DNA from: Cenarchaeum sp.
GTDB taxonomy: Archaea; Thermoproteota; Nitrososphaeria; Nitrososphaerales; Nitrosopumilaceae
NCBI GenBank assembly: GCA_965242695.1
Contig: CBDESU010000002.1
Location: 896,001 to 960,000 of the forward strand
Reading direction: 5' to 3'
Length of the DNA stretch: 64,000 bases
Part shown: piece after piece, positions 10,689 through 19,923 of the stretch
Numbering within the stretch: the stretch's first letter is position 1
Layout: every line of letters starts with the position of its first letter
The notes under the pieces: model-generated
The model's database searches: none
What the model was told of the DNA's origin: nothing
What the model saw: the letters and a program-made list of their open reading frames with translations, nothing else
Position numbers and translations under genes: made by a program

Positions 10689-11300
10689 ATGCGGGTCTCG
10701 CTCACCCCCGAGACGATCGCCCGCGCCGCCAAGATGCTCGACATCGCCGTCGAGGACGGGCAGCTCCTCGTCGACGAGGTAGAGATGCCGGCCGTCATCG
10801 ACTCGATACTGCACGACCTCAAGACCGGCGACGACAAGTCCATCCTAGAGTCGTACATCGAAAAGGTCGGCGGGGCCAACGAGGTCCAGGACGAGCTCCT
10901 AAGGGCGCTCGCCGAGTCCAAGGCGTCGCTGTTCTCGGTCGGCGAGCGCGACGAGGAGACGGGCACGGCCGAGCTCATAGACATGCTCGCCGACCGGACC
11001 GTCCACGTGACCGATGCCGACCTGAGCTCGTCGTCGCCCCAGCCGCACTCCGAGGCCATCTTCTGCCGCATACTGACGCTGCCCGGCGTGAGCATTACGT
11101 CGGGCATGACGCTGTCGTTCCCAGAGAATGTGGTCGCGCGCGTCATCCGCCGGCACAAGGAGATGATGTCGTGGACGCGCCGCAAGCCGCCGCCTAGCGT
11201 GTCCGCATCGTTCTTTCGGCTGTACCGCACGTTCGGGGCCGGCGCGCAGGCGCGCGGGCCGCGCGCGGGCACGAGGCGCAAGCGGCGGCCGCAGCAGTAG
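10689..11300 (+). CDS. Hypothetical protein, paralog 2 of a tandem pair
   Basis: Clear paralog of 9900..10583. Similarity (YKAYR vs YGAYR) begins ~45 nt upstream of the ATG, so the true start is uncertain. Confidence 0.75.
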   Translation: MRVSLTPETIARAAKMLDIAVEDGQLLVDEVEMPAVIDSILHDLKTGDDKSILESYIEKVGGANEVQDELLRALAESKASLFSVGERDEETGTAELIDMLADRTVHVTDADLSSSSPQPHSEAIFCRILTLPGVSITSGMTLSFPENVVARVIRRHKEMMSWTRRKPPPSVSASFFRLYRTFGAGAQARGPRAGTRRKRRPQQ

Positions 11301-11347
11301 TGCGGCGGGTTGCGCGGGCAAGGCCTGATAGACTTTAATCGGAACCG

Positions 11348-12103
11348 TTGGGCAGGCGCCCGTTGATAATCGCCATCGAGGGGGCCGACCAGGCCGGCAA
11401 GACGACCCAGACGCGGATGCTCGCCGAGGCGCTCGAACTGCGCGGCCTGTCCACCGAGACGTTTGCGTTTCCGGACTATGAAACGCCGGTAGGCAGGCAG
11501 ATCAAGGCGAGCCTCAACTTGGGCGGCGCAACGGGGCCTGGCCAGCCACCGTCACAGCTGCTACACATCTTGCTTGCTGCCAATCGTTGGGAGGCACTGC
11601 CGCGCATTCGTACCGCGTTGGACACCAAGGATGTAGTCTTGATGAACCGGTACTACCACTCAAATCTGGCATACGGCGTGGCCCGCGGCTTAGAGCGAAG
11701 ATGGCTCAAGAACCTTGACGATGGCCTCCCCGAGTCCGACCTCGTGATCGTACTAGACATAGATGCCGCCGAGTCGTTCAAGCGTAAGTCTTCGGGTAGG
11801 GATCGCTTTGAGAGGGACAAAGACCTACTCAAGAAGGTTCGCTTTAGGTACTATGATGAGGCACGCTTGCACAACAAACACTGGAAAGTCATCAACGCGA
11901 TTGGAACGCGCCAGGATGTCCACGCCCGCGTACTCACCACAACTGCACCTGTCGTGAACCTACTGTGCGGCGTTAAAATCAAGTCGGTGGTGCCGGCCCC
12001 TGTCACGCTTACCCCACTCCACACCGCGTTGCATAGCCAAGCTGCTGACGCCTACAGGATGAATGCACGTAGGCGTCACACGGTAGCCCCCAGCAAAACT
12101 TGA
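11348..12103 (+). CDS. tmk: dTMP (thymidylate) kinase
   Basis: [13 protein letters not shown]-loop, [27 protein letters not shown]. Confidence 0.92.
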   Translation: MGRRPLIIAIEGADQAGKTTQTRMLAEALELRGLSTETFAFPDYETPVGRQIKASLNLGGATGPGQPPSQLLHILLAANRWEALPRIRTALDTKDVVLMNRYYHSNLAYGVARGLERRWLKNLDDGLPESDLVIVLDIDAAESFKRKSSGRDRFERDKDLLKKVRFRYYDEARLHNKHWKVINAIGTRQDVHARVLTTTAPVVNLLCGVKIKSVVPAPVTLTPLHTALHSQAADAYRMNARRRHTVAPSKT

Positions 12104-12131
12104 AATTTACCCGTGCGGCGGGCGCGCCCGT

Positions 12132-12836
12132 ATGGCGACCCCCCGCAAGCGCATCGTCGTAAAGCTGTCCGGCAAGGTCTTCGGCATGGAGAATGCGGGC
12201 CTGCTCCGCGACCACGCCGCGTTCCTTGCCCGGATAAGCCGCGTGTGCCAGCCCGTCATTGTGGCAGGCGGCGGCAAGATAGCCCGCCACTACATAGGCC
12301 AGGCGCGCTCGTCGGGGGCCGACGAGTCGACGCTCGACGAGCTCGGCATCGACGTGTCCAGGCTCAACGCAAAGCTGCTCATATCGGCGCTCGGGGCCCG
12401 GGCGTACCCGCACCCGCCGACGACCCTGCAGGAGGCCCGGCTGGCGGCCGACAGCGGCCTCGTCGTCGTCGCAGGCGGGCTGCAGCCCGGGCAGAGCACC
12501 AACGGCACGGCGGCCCTCATAGCCGAAAAGGTGCATGCGGCGATGTTCCTCAACGCGACCGACGTAGAGGGCGTCTACGACAAGGACCCAAACGTCCATG
12601 CGGACGCAAAGCTGTTCCGGCGGATGGAGATCAGGGAGCTGCGGCGGCTGCTCGTCGACGAGACCATTGCGGCCGGCGGGTACGACCTCATGGACATACT
12701 GTCGCTCAAGATAATAGAGCGCTCGCGCATACGCACCCGCATAATGAAGGCAGACGTCAAGGCGCTCGACAGGGCCATACGCGGCCGCAGGCCGCTGCCC
12801 GGGACGGAGGTCGTGCTGCCGAGCGCGTCATCCTAG
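12132..12836 (+). CDS. pyrH: UMP kinase (archaeal type)
   Basis: [38 protein letters not shown]. Confidence 0.95.
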   Translation: MATPRKRIVVKLSGKVFGMENAGLLRDHAAFLARISRVCQPVIVAGGGKIARHYIGQARSSGADESTLDELGIDVSRLNAKLLISALGARAYPHPPTTLQEARLAADSGLVVVAGGLQPGQSTNGTAALIAEKVHAAMFLNATDVEGVYDKDPNVHADAKLFRRMEIRELRRLLVDETIAAGGYDLMDILSLKIIERSRIRTRIMKADVKALDRAIRGRRPLPGTEVVLPSASS

Positions 12837-13216
12837 CCCTTGCTCTCTGCCGCCTTGCCGCCGTTATTGCCGCTAGGCTTCACGACGGGGTACGTGTCGT
12901 TCCAGATCATTACGCTGTCGCCGGCAAACTCTGGCACGCCCGAGCCGAGGACCTTTGCGAGGACCGTATCCGCCTCGCCCGGCTCCATCGGCTTGGTCTG
13001 CGCCTTCGTGTACCCGTCGCCGTCGACTAGTATGACAATGTGGCCGTCGGGCGCCTTGATGGCTGCTGCATAGTCCTCTTCGCCGACGGGTGCGAACTTG
13101 CCGCCGACCTTCTTGGTCGTCAGCGTGAGCATCGCGAACCCCGCCAGTTTGAACAGGCGCATCTGCGACTCGGACGCGCGCTTCTTTCCTGCCTGGACGG
13201 CCTCAAAGTACTGCAC
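12833..13216 (-). CDS. Conserved thaumarchaeal-type hypothetical protein
   Basis: GTG start giving [11 protein letters not shown]..., [12 protein letters not shown]; TTATA box ~24 nt upstream; good codon usage. Confidence 0.75.
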   Translation of the reverse strand: MQYFEAVQAGKKRASESQMRLFKLAGFAMLTLTTKKVGGKFAPVGEEDYAAAIKAPDGHIVILVDGDGYTKAQTKPMEPGEADTVLAKVLGSGVPEFAGDSVMIWNDTYPVVKPSGNNGGKAAESKG

Positions 13217-13610
13217 AGGGGCGCGGCGAGGGGGCGCGCCTATAAGTCGTGCGCGGGAGTAGCGGCCGTTGCAAAGCTGGCGGGTGGTTGTTGCGTAGCC
13301 TCCCGCCGACAAGATGTGCCGCGCTCCGCCTCACTGCGGCCAATCCATCGCTGGCCGTCCAATCCGACCACCCCTTCACCCCGCCGAGACCTGGCTTGTT
13401 GCCATCCGTGCCGACCGGCTGCATATGCACAACCTGCGGCGCGGGCTTGGCATGAAGCGCATTCGAGACGCCCTAGTGCTCCGTCTTCTCTCCGCTAAAC
13501 GCGCGCAAACCATATATGCACACATGCGCCTAGCCGCCCCGTGAACCACGGAGCACACTCGCGCTCACGGCTGGCGTCGGGCCTGCACTAGGCACCAAGT
13601 GTGAAATAGG

Positions 13611-13862
13611 ATGGCGACATCGGCAAAGGTAGGAGCAGACGACATCGCAAGTCGTGCGGCTGCAGAAGATGCCGCAGAGTCCGCAAAGACGGACGACGCT
13701 AGCATCCACGCGCAGGAAGGGGAAGCGGATGAACCCGAAGGCGACCGCGTGAGCGAGGAAGTTGAGCAGCTGCTCATGGATATAAAGACGGGCAAAGTAA
13801 AAACCATGGTATACACGTTGGACGAGCACATGCGCCTCCTTGATGAGATTCGAGGCAGCTAG
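13611..13862 (+). CDS. Small acidic protein, possible antitoxin
   Basis: 83 aa, acidic; the C-terminus DIKTGKVKTMVYTLDEHMRLL resembles antitoxin tails. Confidence 0.55.
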   Translation: MATSAKVGADDIASRAAAEDAAESAKTDDASIHAQEGEADEPEGDRVSEEVEQLLMDIKTGKVKTMVYTLDEHMRLLDEIRGS

Positions 13863-13971
13863 GCTTCACTGTGGGCCATTTTCGCGTATAACGTTGGGCG
13901 AAAAGCCGTGTGCAGTCTAGCCCAAGCGGAGGCCGGATGCGCTAGAGTGCTGTATGCGCTTGGTCGTCCTG

Positions 13972-14732
13972 TCAATCCTGTAGGGTCGGGAGGTAGCAGG
14001 CAGACGCGGGGCCGCGCGGTTGGGATTTGCCACGGCTGCGCGGCGCGGATCTTTTGTCGGGTGAATAACAAACCGCTTGGCCCTTGGACTTGTGCCTCTT
14101 GCCCTGCGGGGCGGCGCGCTCCGTCCGTGCCCGCCCCTTGCGCTGCGTCGCCGCCCGCCTAGCCGGCTTCCCCGCCTTCCCCCGCATGCCTATCTCCGCT
14201 CCCTTCAGCTGCGACAGGTCGGCCACCGCCCCGTACTCGATGAACACGTCGAAAAAGCGCCCAGACGGCGCCCCCCGTACACCATGGCGCACGACATCGG
14301 CGCGCCCTTTCCGCCCTCCTTGCCGTTGACCAGAAACTTTAGGCGCGTGTCGTACAAAAAGCACACGGCGGCCGCCCTGCCAAAGACGCTCGTCTTCCAG
14401 TGAGATGTGTTGGTGGCGACGGGAACTAGCGCGATCACCTCTGCGCCGTGGTCATCGTGCGCCGCCGCGCACTTGGCCAGCCAGTCTGATATCCGGCCGC
14501 CGTACCTGCCATTCATTCCGTACGGCGGGTTGACGTAGATTGTAGAATAGTCCCACGTCTCGCCCAGCCCGTCCCTAGGGGGCATGTACTCTACTGCCGC
14601 ATCGACTAGCGAATGCCTGTTCGAGCACGGGTCCAGCTCTATTCTCCCGAGCACGTCCCGGACCGCGTCCACGTAGAACCGGGGAGTCCCCCAGTCCTGG
14701 GAGCTGCCGCGGACGCGCCGCCCCGCCGTCAT
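13972..14732 (-). pseudogene. Phage-Dam-like DNA N6-adenine methyltransferase, frameshifted near the C-terminus
   Basis: DWGTP, LDPCS, YVNPPYG, ALVPVATNTSHW. After MVY the protein-like tail RFFDVFIEYGAVADL continues in another frame (shift at the G6 tract, ~14271-14277). Confidence 0.8.
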
Positions 14733-14906
14733 GACGCATGCGCCTCCGTCCGTGCGCACGGCGCGTCCGCGGCTACGGGCGCCGGTCGTGCCGCCATCGG
14801 ACGCCAACACCGTGCCCGGCTTATAATCATGTCCTCTGCCGTGGCGCAGGCGCCAGGCTGACGCCCGCGTCCCTAGATTTATAGGGAGTATTTGCGCCCT
14901 CCCCCC

Positions 14907-15212
14907 ATGAACGATGCGCCCGAGCCGATCAACGTCACCGTCTTGATCGATGGCAAACCGGAGGAGAGGAGCCTAGACGGCCGATCGACGGTGGCGCAGA
15001 TCGTCGGCGAGCTCTTGCCCGAGTTTGAAAAGGCCCGTGCAGGCGACTATGCGCTGTATCCAGAGGACGGGCCCCCGCTTGATCACGCCTCGCGACTCGA
15101 AGGAAACGACATACCCGATGGGTCTGTTCTTGTCCTAACCAAGACGGACGGGGGCGGCGGCGCCTGCGGGCGGGACGATTGTCGATCCCGCGAAGTCTTG
15201 GTTCGGGCCTGA
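14907..15212 (+). CDS. Ubiquitin-like (beta-grasp) protein with GGGG motif
   Basis: INVTVLIDGK...TVAQI...YAL..EDG.PLD..SRL....IPDGSVLVLTKTDGGGG is a ubiquitin-fold pattern; TTTATA at 14878-14883. Confidence 0.75.
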   Translation: MNDAPEPINVTVLIDGKPEERSLDGRSTVAQIVGELLPEFEKARAGDYALYPEDGPPLDHASRLEGNDIPDGSVLVLTKTDGGGGACGRDDCRSREVLVRA

Positions 15213-15420
15213 GCATGGCGGCGGCCGCATTCTGCAAGCCAGCATGTACGCGCCAGGGTGAAAATCCGGGCGGCGGCCGAGCTGGACTTCCCGAACCCGC
15301 CGTGGTCCCGAGGCAAAGTGTGGCGGCGGCAGTTGAGATGCTGTTGCTATGCGCAGGCGCCGGCAACCATCGCAGTCGACTCCCAAGAGAATTCGCCATG
15401 CGGTGCCCGCGTGGCCTCTT
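15178..15420 (+). pseudogene. Decayed putative prokaryotic E2-like gene
   Basis: Fragments IVDPAKS...YAPG* then, frameshifted, KIRAAAELDFPN...LRCCCYAQAPATIAVD, directly after the Ubl; they resemble the N-terminus of Ubl-linked E2-like proteins. Confidence 0.4.
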
Positions 15421-15597
15421 CATCCTCTTCCGCAAGCGGCGCAGCGGAACGCGCATCCGGAGAACCACCCGTCGGTGCGCCCTCGGAACCGCGCATGTGG
15501 CTGATGTGGGGGCTTGGCACTTGACGCCATCCTGCGCCCCGATGTGCCCCAGCACCGCTCCCAACACTTAAGAGCCGACCGCCCCCCGCCCCGCGCC

Positions 15598-16170
15598 GTG
15601 AACCCAAAGGTGTTCGTAGTAGCCGCCGTGGCGGCCCTCGTAGCCGCCCTCGGCGTGATCGCGGTCGCCGGCCAGACCGTCATCGACGACGTCTCGGGCG
15701 GCCCCGGCGGGTTCCTCCAGGCCCCCGGCGAGGCCCCCGTCCCCATAGAGGAGGTCCAGGTGAGGCTCGTCGGCATCACGGTCGACGAGGTCCACGAGCG
15801 CGCCGCGACCCTCACCGTCCGGCTAGAGGTGACAAACCCCAACGAAAAGTCGGTAATCCTCCAGTACCTAAAGTACGAGCTGTTCGAGGGCGGCTCGCGC
15901 GTGCACGTCGGCGAGATCGGCGACCGGCCGAGCGCGTTCGTCACAGAGTCCAACTACTTTACGCTGCTCTCGGGCCAGCCGACCGTCCTGACCGATACGG
16001 TCACGCTCCGCAACACGGGCAGCACGCCCGACCTGTGGCGGGCCCTGTCCGACGGCACGGCCGCATGGCGCATATCCGGCGAGGCGTTCTTCAACATCAG
16101 CTCGATGACGCGCGGCGGCGAGAATACCGTACTGTTCGACCTAGAGCAGGCTCCAGGTGCGCAGCCCTAG
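15598..16170 (+). CDS. Membrane-anchored LEA_2/WHy-like protein
   Basis: N-terminal TM helix; LEVTNPN...LKYEL beta-sandwich pattern. Confidence 0.75.
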   Translation: MNPKVFVVAAVAALVAALGVIAVAGQTVIDDVSGGPGGFLQAPGEAPVPIEEVQVRLVGITVDEVHERAATLTVRLEVTNPNEKSVILQYLKYELFEGGSRVHVGEIGDRPSAFVTESNYFTLLSGQPTVLTDTVTLRNTGSTPDLWRALSDGTAAWRISGEAFFNISSMTRGGENTVLFDLEQAPGAQP

Positions 16171-16194
16171 CAGCATAAACCCGCACAGTCGCGA

Positions 16195-16234
16195 TAGTAT
16201 CATAAAATCGCTAAAAATTTGCCAAAGTTATATA
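16195..16234 (+). promoter_or_regulatory. Shared upstream motif TAGTATCATAAAATCGCTA plus TATA box (TTATATA 16228-16234)
   Basis: 18/19 identical to 25238-25256 upstream of amt, at nearly the same distance from the TATA box. Confidence 0.65.
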
Positions 16235-16258
16235 TGCCCACCCCAGGCCCGCACCCGC

Positions 16259-16369
16259 ATGGCAGAAGCATCAATGGGCGCGTTCGGCGCGGCGCTCGGC
16301 GTCTCGATCGCACTTGCTGTAGTCACATTCGCTCTCCGTGGCAAGGGCCACCCCGAGCCGATCGACTAG
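16259..16369 (+). CDS. 36-aa single-TM microprotein
   Basis: MAEASMGAFGAALGVSIALAVVTFALRGKGHPEPID; TATA box 24 nt upstream. Confidence 0.75.
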   Translation: MAEASMGAFGAALGVSIALAVVTFALRGKGHPEPID

Positions 16370-16567
16370 GCGGGCAGGCAGCCCCGTAGCGAGGACGCTG
16401 CGGGGGCGCAATGCCTCTTGTCGACTTTTTCACTCGCACGGTGGGGAGGCTGTTGCCGCCCTGGGACGCCCCCTGGCCGGCGGTCTCCGACGCGGCAACA
16501 GCTCGCCCTCTGCACTCTGATGGCTTGTCCGCGCGCCGCCGCCGGGCCCCGCCCCGCCAGCCAGGCC

Positions 16568-17217
16568 CTACGACCTTTTGAGCCCGACCAGCTCTGCTAT
16601 CGAGACCGACCTGCCGATCTTTTCGCGGATAAAGCAGCGCTGGAGTACTGGCAGTTCGAGCAGTCGGACGACGGCTCGATGATCGGCGTGCGGCCCTCCT
16701 CGAGCAGGTCGGCGAGGACCTTTACCCGGCGGACCGTCTCCTCGAACATCTTTGCGTTGCGCGTGAGCGAGAACGACGCCTCGCGGCGGTCGCCCGTGAT
16801 GTAGATTATGATGCCGTCGGGCTTGCCTAGCATCCACAGGCACGCGTTGAGGTACATCAGGTCGCCGGCGTGCGGGTTGTCTGGCTGCTCGGCGGCCGAC
16901 CTGTACAGTATGACGGCATCGTCGACGACCATGTCTGCCTTGCCCCTGACTGTTATCCCGCCGCCGACGTCGTACTCGGCCGGCTCTGCGCCGTACCCGA
17001 GCTTGCCGAGCAGCCCGCTGAGCAGGTCGCTGAAGCCGCGCCTCTCGACGGGCATCGGGTCCTTGCGGTCGTAGTAGGACCGGCGCAGGCAGCCGGACGC
17101 CTCGTGCAGGTGGATCGTCTTGCCGTCGGACGCGTCGACGCGCGCCTCTAGCTCCCTGCCGATCGAGTCGATCGAGTTCTGGACCAGCGCGCGGTAGTCC
17201 CTGTCGCCCATCGTCAT
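16568..17217 (-). CDS. Stand-alone Cas4-like PD-(D/E)xK Fe-S nuclease with a 1-nt frameshift near the C-terminus
   Basis: CLRRSYY, GKAD, CSNCQY; the final cluster Cys (QRCF) lies in another frame after ~16643. Confidence 0.75.
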
Positions 17218-17224
17218 GCCCCGG

Positions 17225-17623
17225 TCAGCCCCCCTTGCCGGCGCCCGGCCCGCCTCGTATAAGAAGCTGCGCTATGCGCGGCGAGAACGCCAGTATGGCA
17301 AAGTGCGCGCCGAACCCGACGACGGCGCCGGCCAGCACGCTGCCCGTGTAGTGGTGCAGCGCCAGGAATATCGCGATTGGAGGGGCCGCAAAGATCACGG
17401 CCATGACGGTGCTCTTGGCGATGATGCCGCCTATGTCGAGCTCAAAGGCGCTCGGCCGGCGCCCGATGCCGCCCGTTCCCGCCGCCCCGGGGACCGGTGC
17501 AGGGGGGGCCGCCGGCGCCGGCGCCGGCGCTCCCGTGCCCGCCCCCACCCGGCCGCCGCCCTCCTTCGCACCTCCGCCCTCCCGGACTTCCTTCCTGCCG
17601 GGCGCATCCCCGGATTCCCCCAC
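17225..17623 (-). CDS. Small two-TM membrane protein
   Basis: Hydrophobic hairpin STVMAVIFAAPP...GFGAHFAILAFS; co-oriented between atpC and the cas4-like gene; start uncertain. Confidence 0.65.
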   Translation of the reverse strand: MGESGDAPGRKEVREGGGAKEGGGRVGAGTGAPAPAPAAPPAPVPGAAGTGGIGRRPSAFELDIGGIIAKSTVMAVIFAAPPIAIFLALHHYTGSVLAGAVVGFGAHFAILAFSPRIAQLLIRGGPGAGKGG

Positions 17624-17687
17624 GGGCGGCGGGGAGGGCGAGGCAGGGGACGGCGGCCGCGGCGCATCTTCCCGCAAGGCAGAACAG

Positions 17688-18749
17688 CTACTCTTCAAGG
17701 ACGAGCTTTGGCACCGCCTCCTGGGGAGGTATGCCCTGCTCGACGGCAAACGCGACGGACGCCAGGTTTCTGACCTCGAACGCCGTAAGTATGGTAATCC
17801 CGACGCTCGTGGCCGGGCTGAACATGCGCGTAAACGACGCCCTTGCCCTCGCGTACACGGCCATCTCGAAGGCGCGCTCAAACGCCGAGACCGCATCCAT
17901 CTCGGACTCGGCCTGCACCGACGCCATCTCGCGGTACGGCGAGGACGACGCGCCGGCGAGCTCGCCGAGCGCATCGCGCACCGTCGCCGCCGACAGCATA
18001 GAGTCGAGCAGCTCCCTCGGGGCGCCGGCCGTCGGGGCCACCACTAGGTCGTTTATGGCCTGCTCGTCGAGGCCCCAGAACTTGCCGCGCAGCACGCTCA
18101 TCAGGTTGTAAAAGTCGATCGTCATGCCGACCAGCTTTGCCATGTCCCGCTCGCCGGACGTGCGCAGGCCCGAGCTTAGCTGCTCGACCCACACCTTGTC
18201 AAAGTACGTGTCAAAGACCTGCAGGTTGCCGCGCTCGGCGTAGAGGGCGGCGGCCTTTGCCACCTCGGCGCCGTACGCGGTGGATGCCAGGCCCGAGACG
18301 GCCTCCTCGAGGTCCTTTGAGACGAGGGCCTTTAGGACCGTATCGCGCTGCTTTAGGAGCTCTTCGGCGCGCAGGTTGAGCAGCGGCTCGATCTCGTCCT
18401 GCGGCTTGCCGAGGACCTTGCTCTTGAGTATGAGCTTTAGGTTCCATATGGGGAACTTCATGTAGTAGGCGCGCAGCACCTTTGAGCCGCCCGCGGCCTT
18501 TGATATCGAGTGGTGAACCTCTGCCAGGCGCCCCCTCAGGGCCGCCTCGATGCCCTGTGCGGTGTACGGCTTGGGGACGTCGGCCAGGGCGGCCGCGTAG
18601 GCGGCGCTCGCGCTGCGCAGGCGCGTGACCATCTCGTCCAGGTCCCTCGCCTCGGCGAACGACTGGAAGTCCTGCCGGGTCAGCAGCTGCCCGCGCTTGC
18701 TGTACGACTTTACGGCGGCAAAGACCTTTTGCGAGCCAGACCCTCCCAT
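17688..18749 (-). CDS. atpC: A/V-type ATP synthase subunit C
   Basis: VKSYSKRGQLL, WNLKLILKSK, IDFYNL..VLRGK, EVRNL. Confidence 0.9.
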   Translation of the reverse strand: MGGSGSQKVFAAVKSYSKRGQLLTRQDFQSFAEARDLDEMVTRLRSASAAYAAALADVPKPYTAQGIEAALRGRLAEVHHSISKAAGGSKVLRAYYMKFPIWNLKLILKSKVLGKPQDEIEPLLNLRAEELLKQRDTVLKALVSKDLEEAVSGLASTAYGAEVAKAAALYAERGNLQVFDTYFDKVWVEQLSSGLRTSGERDMAKLVGMTIDFYNLMSVLRGKFWGLDEQAINDLVVAPTAGAPRELLDSMLSAATVRDALGELAGASSSPYREMASVQAESEMDAVSAFERAFEMAVYARARASFTRMFSPATSVGITILTAFEVRNLASVAFAVEQGIPPQEAVPKLVLEE

Positions 18750-18975
18750 CGGCCGGCCCGAATGCGCGGCCGTTTTTAATGTTGTTCGGGCCTGCGGCGC
18801 CTGAGGGGGCGGCGGCCGCCCGTTGGTGGAGTGCTGGCGGCAGGATGGGGGCGCCAGCGGCAGGCGACGCCCGCGGCCGTTGCGGGCCTGCACTCGACCC
18901 TGCCGCCCGCCCGGCCACCCTGCCGCCCGGCCGCGGCGCGCAATGCGCTTAAGGAGCGGCGCGCCGGCAGGCGGC

Positions 18976-19641
18976 ATGGGCCGCGAGCGCACCGCCGCAG
19001 GGCCGCCTGCCGACGCGTACGGGACGGCCCTGCTAGACATGATCGACGGCATTACCCGCCACAGGCCAGAGTCCTACTCTAGGGCGGCCGCGGCCTTGGA
19101 GCGCCTGGTGGATGCCGGCTCGCTGCCGGACGACATGGTGTTTTACGCCCTGCTGCACTCGGCCCTGTGCTACGACATATCCGGCCGCCCGGACAGGGCG
19201 GGGCCTATGTACGAAAGGGCGGGACAGAGCTACGGGGACGAGTTCGACTACATCCTTCATTCAAGGCGGCACGCCAGGGGCATAGCGGAGGGGCTGGCCG
19301 CACTGGGGAGGGACGGGGACGTGTCGGGCCTGTCCCGGGCGCTTGACGGCACCATTGACTTGATCAAGCGCAGGGAGAAAGAGGCGGGAGGCCCCCTGCG
19401 GCACGACGCCCCCGACGACTACAACGTGTTCATGTCGTCGATCATACTCGTCGACGACTTTTTCAAGGCCGCATCCGACCCCGACTGCGCCGCGAAGGCG
19501 GCCAAGATTGCACGCGATGCCGACGTGAATGCCGCCGAGCTTCCAGGATTCAACGCCAGCCCCCTTGTTCACTTTACGGCAACCCTGTACACGCGCCTGA
19601 TCAGGGCATACGGCGAGCGTTCCGCGGCCCCGCCGGGCTGA
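18976..19641 (+). CDS. Hypothetical alpha-helical protein
   Basis: Plausible composition from MGRERT; TTAAG box ~25 nt upstream. Confidence 0.65.
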   Translation: MGRERTAAGPPADAYGTALLDMIDGITRHRPESYSRAAAALERLVDAGSLPDDMVFYALLHSALCYDISGRPDRAGPMYERAGQSYGDEFDYILHSRRHARGIAEGLAALGRDGDVSGLSRALDGTIDLIKRREKEAGGPLRHDAPDDYNVFMSSIILVDDFFKAASDPDCAAKAAKIARDADVNAAELPGFNASPLVHFTATLYTRLIRAYGERSAAPPG

Positions 19642-19923
19642 GTTAGAGTCAAGGGAGTTCCCAGCCCGTTGCGTGGGGTGTGGCCATTGCAGCGGCAGCC
19701 GCAGGGCGCAGCCGCAGAGGGCGGCCTGCCCAGCGCCGGCCGCGGCCGGGGCGGGAATGCGCGCATGTCATGTGAAAATCGACGGAATGCGGCCACGCTG
19801 AGGGCGGCCCAAAAAAAGCGCGGGTTGATCCGAGCCGCCTCGAACAGCGCCGCCCGCCCATGGCCTACATCTCGAATGCGGCATCGCGAGGCCCCTAGCT
19901 GCGGCAAGGCCGCACGGTGCACT

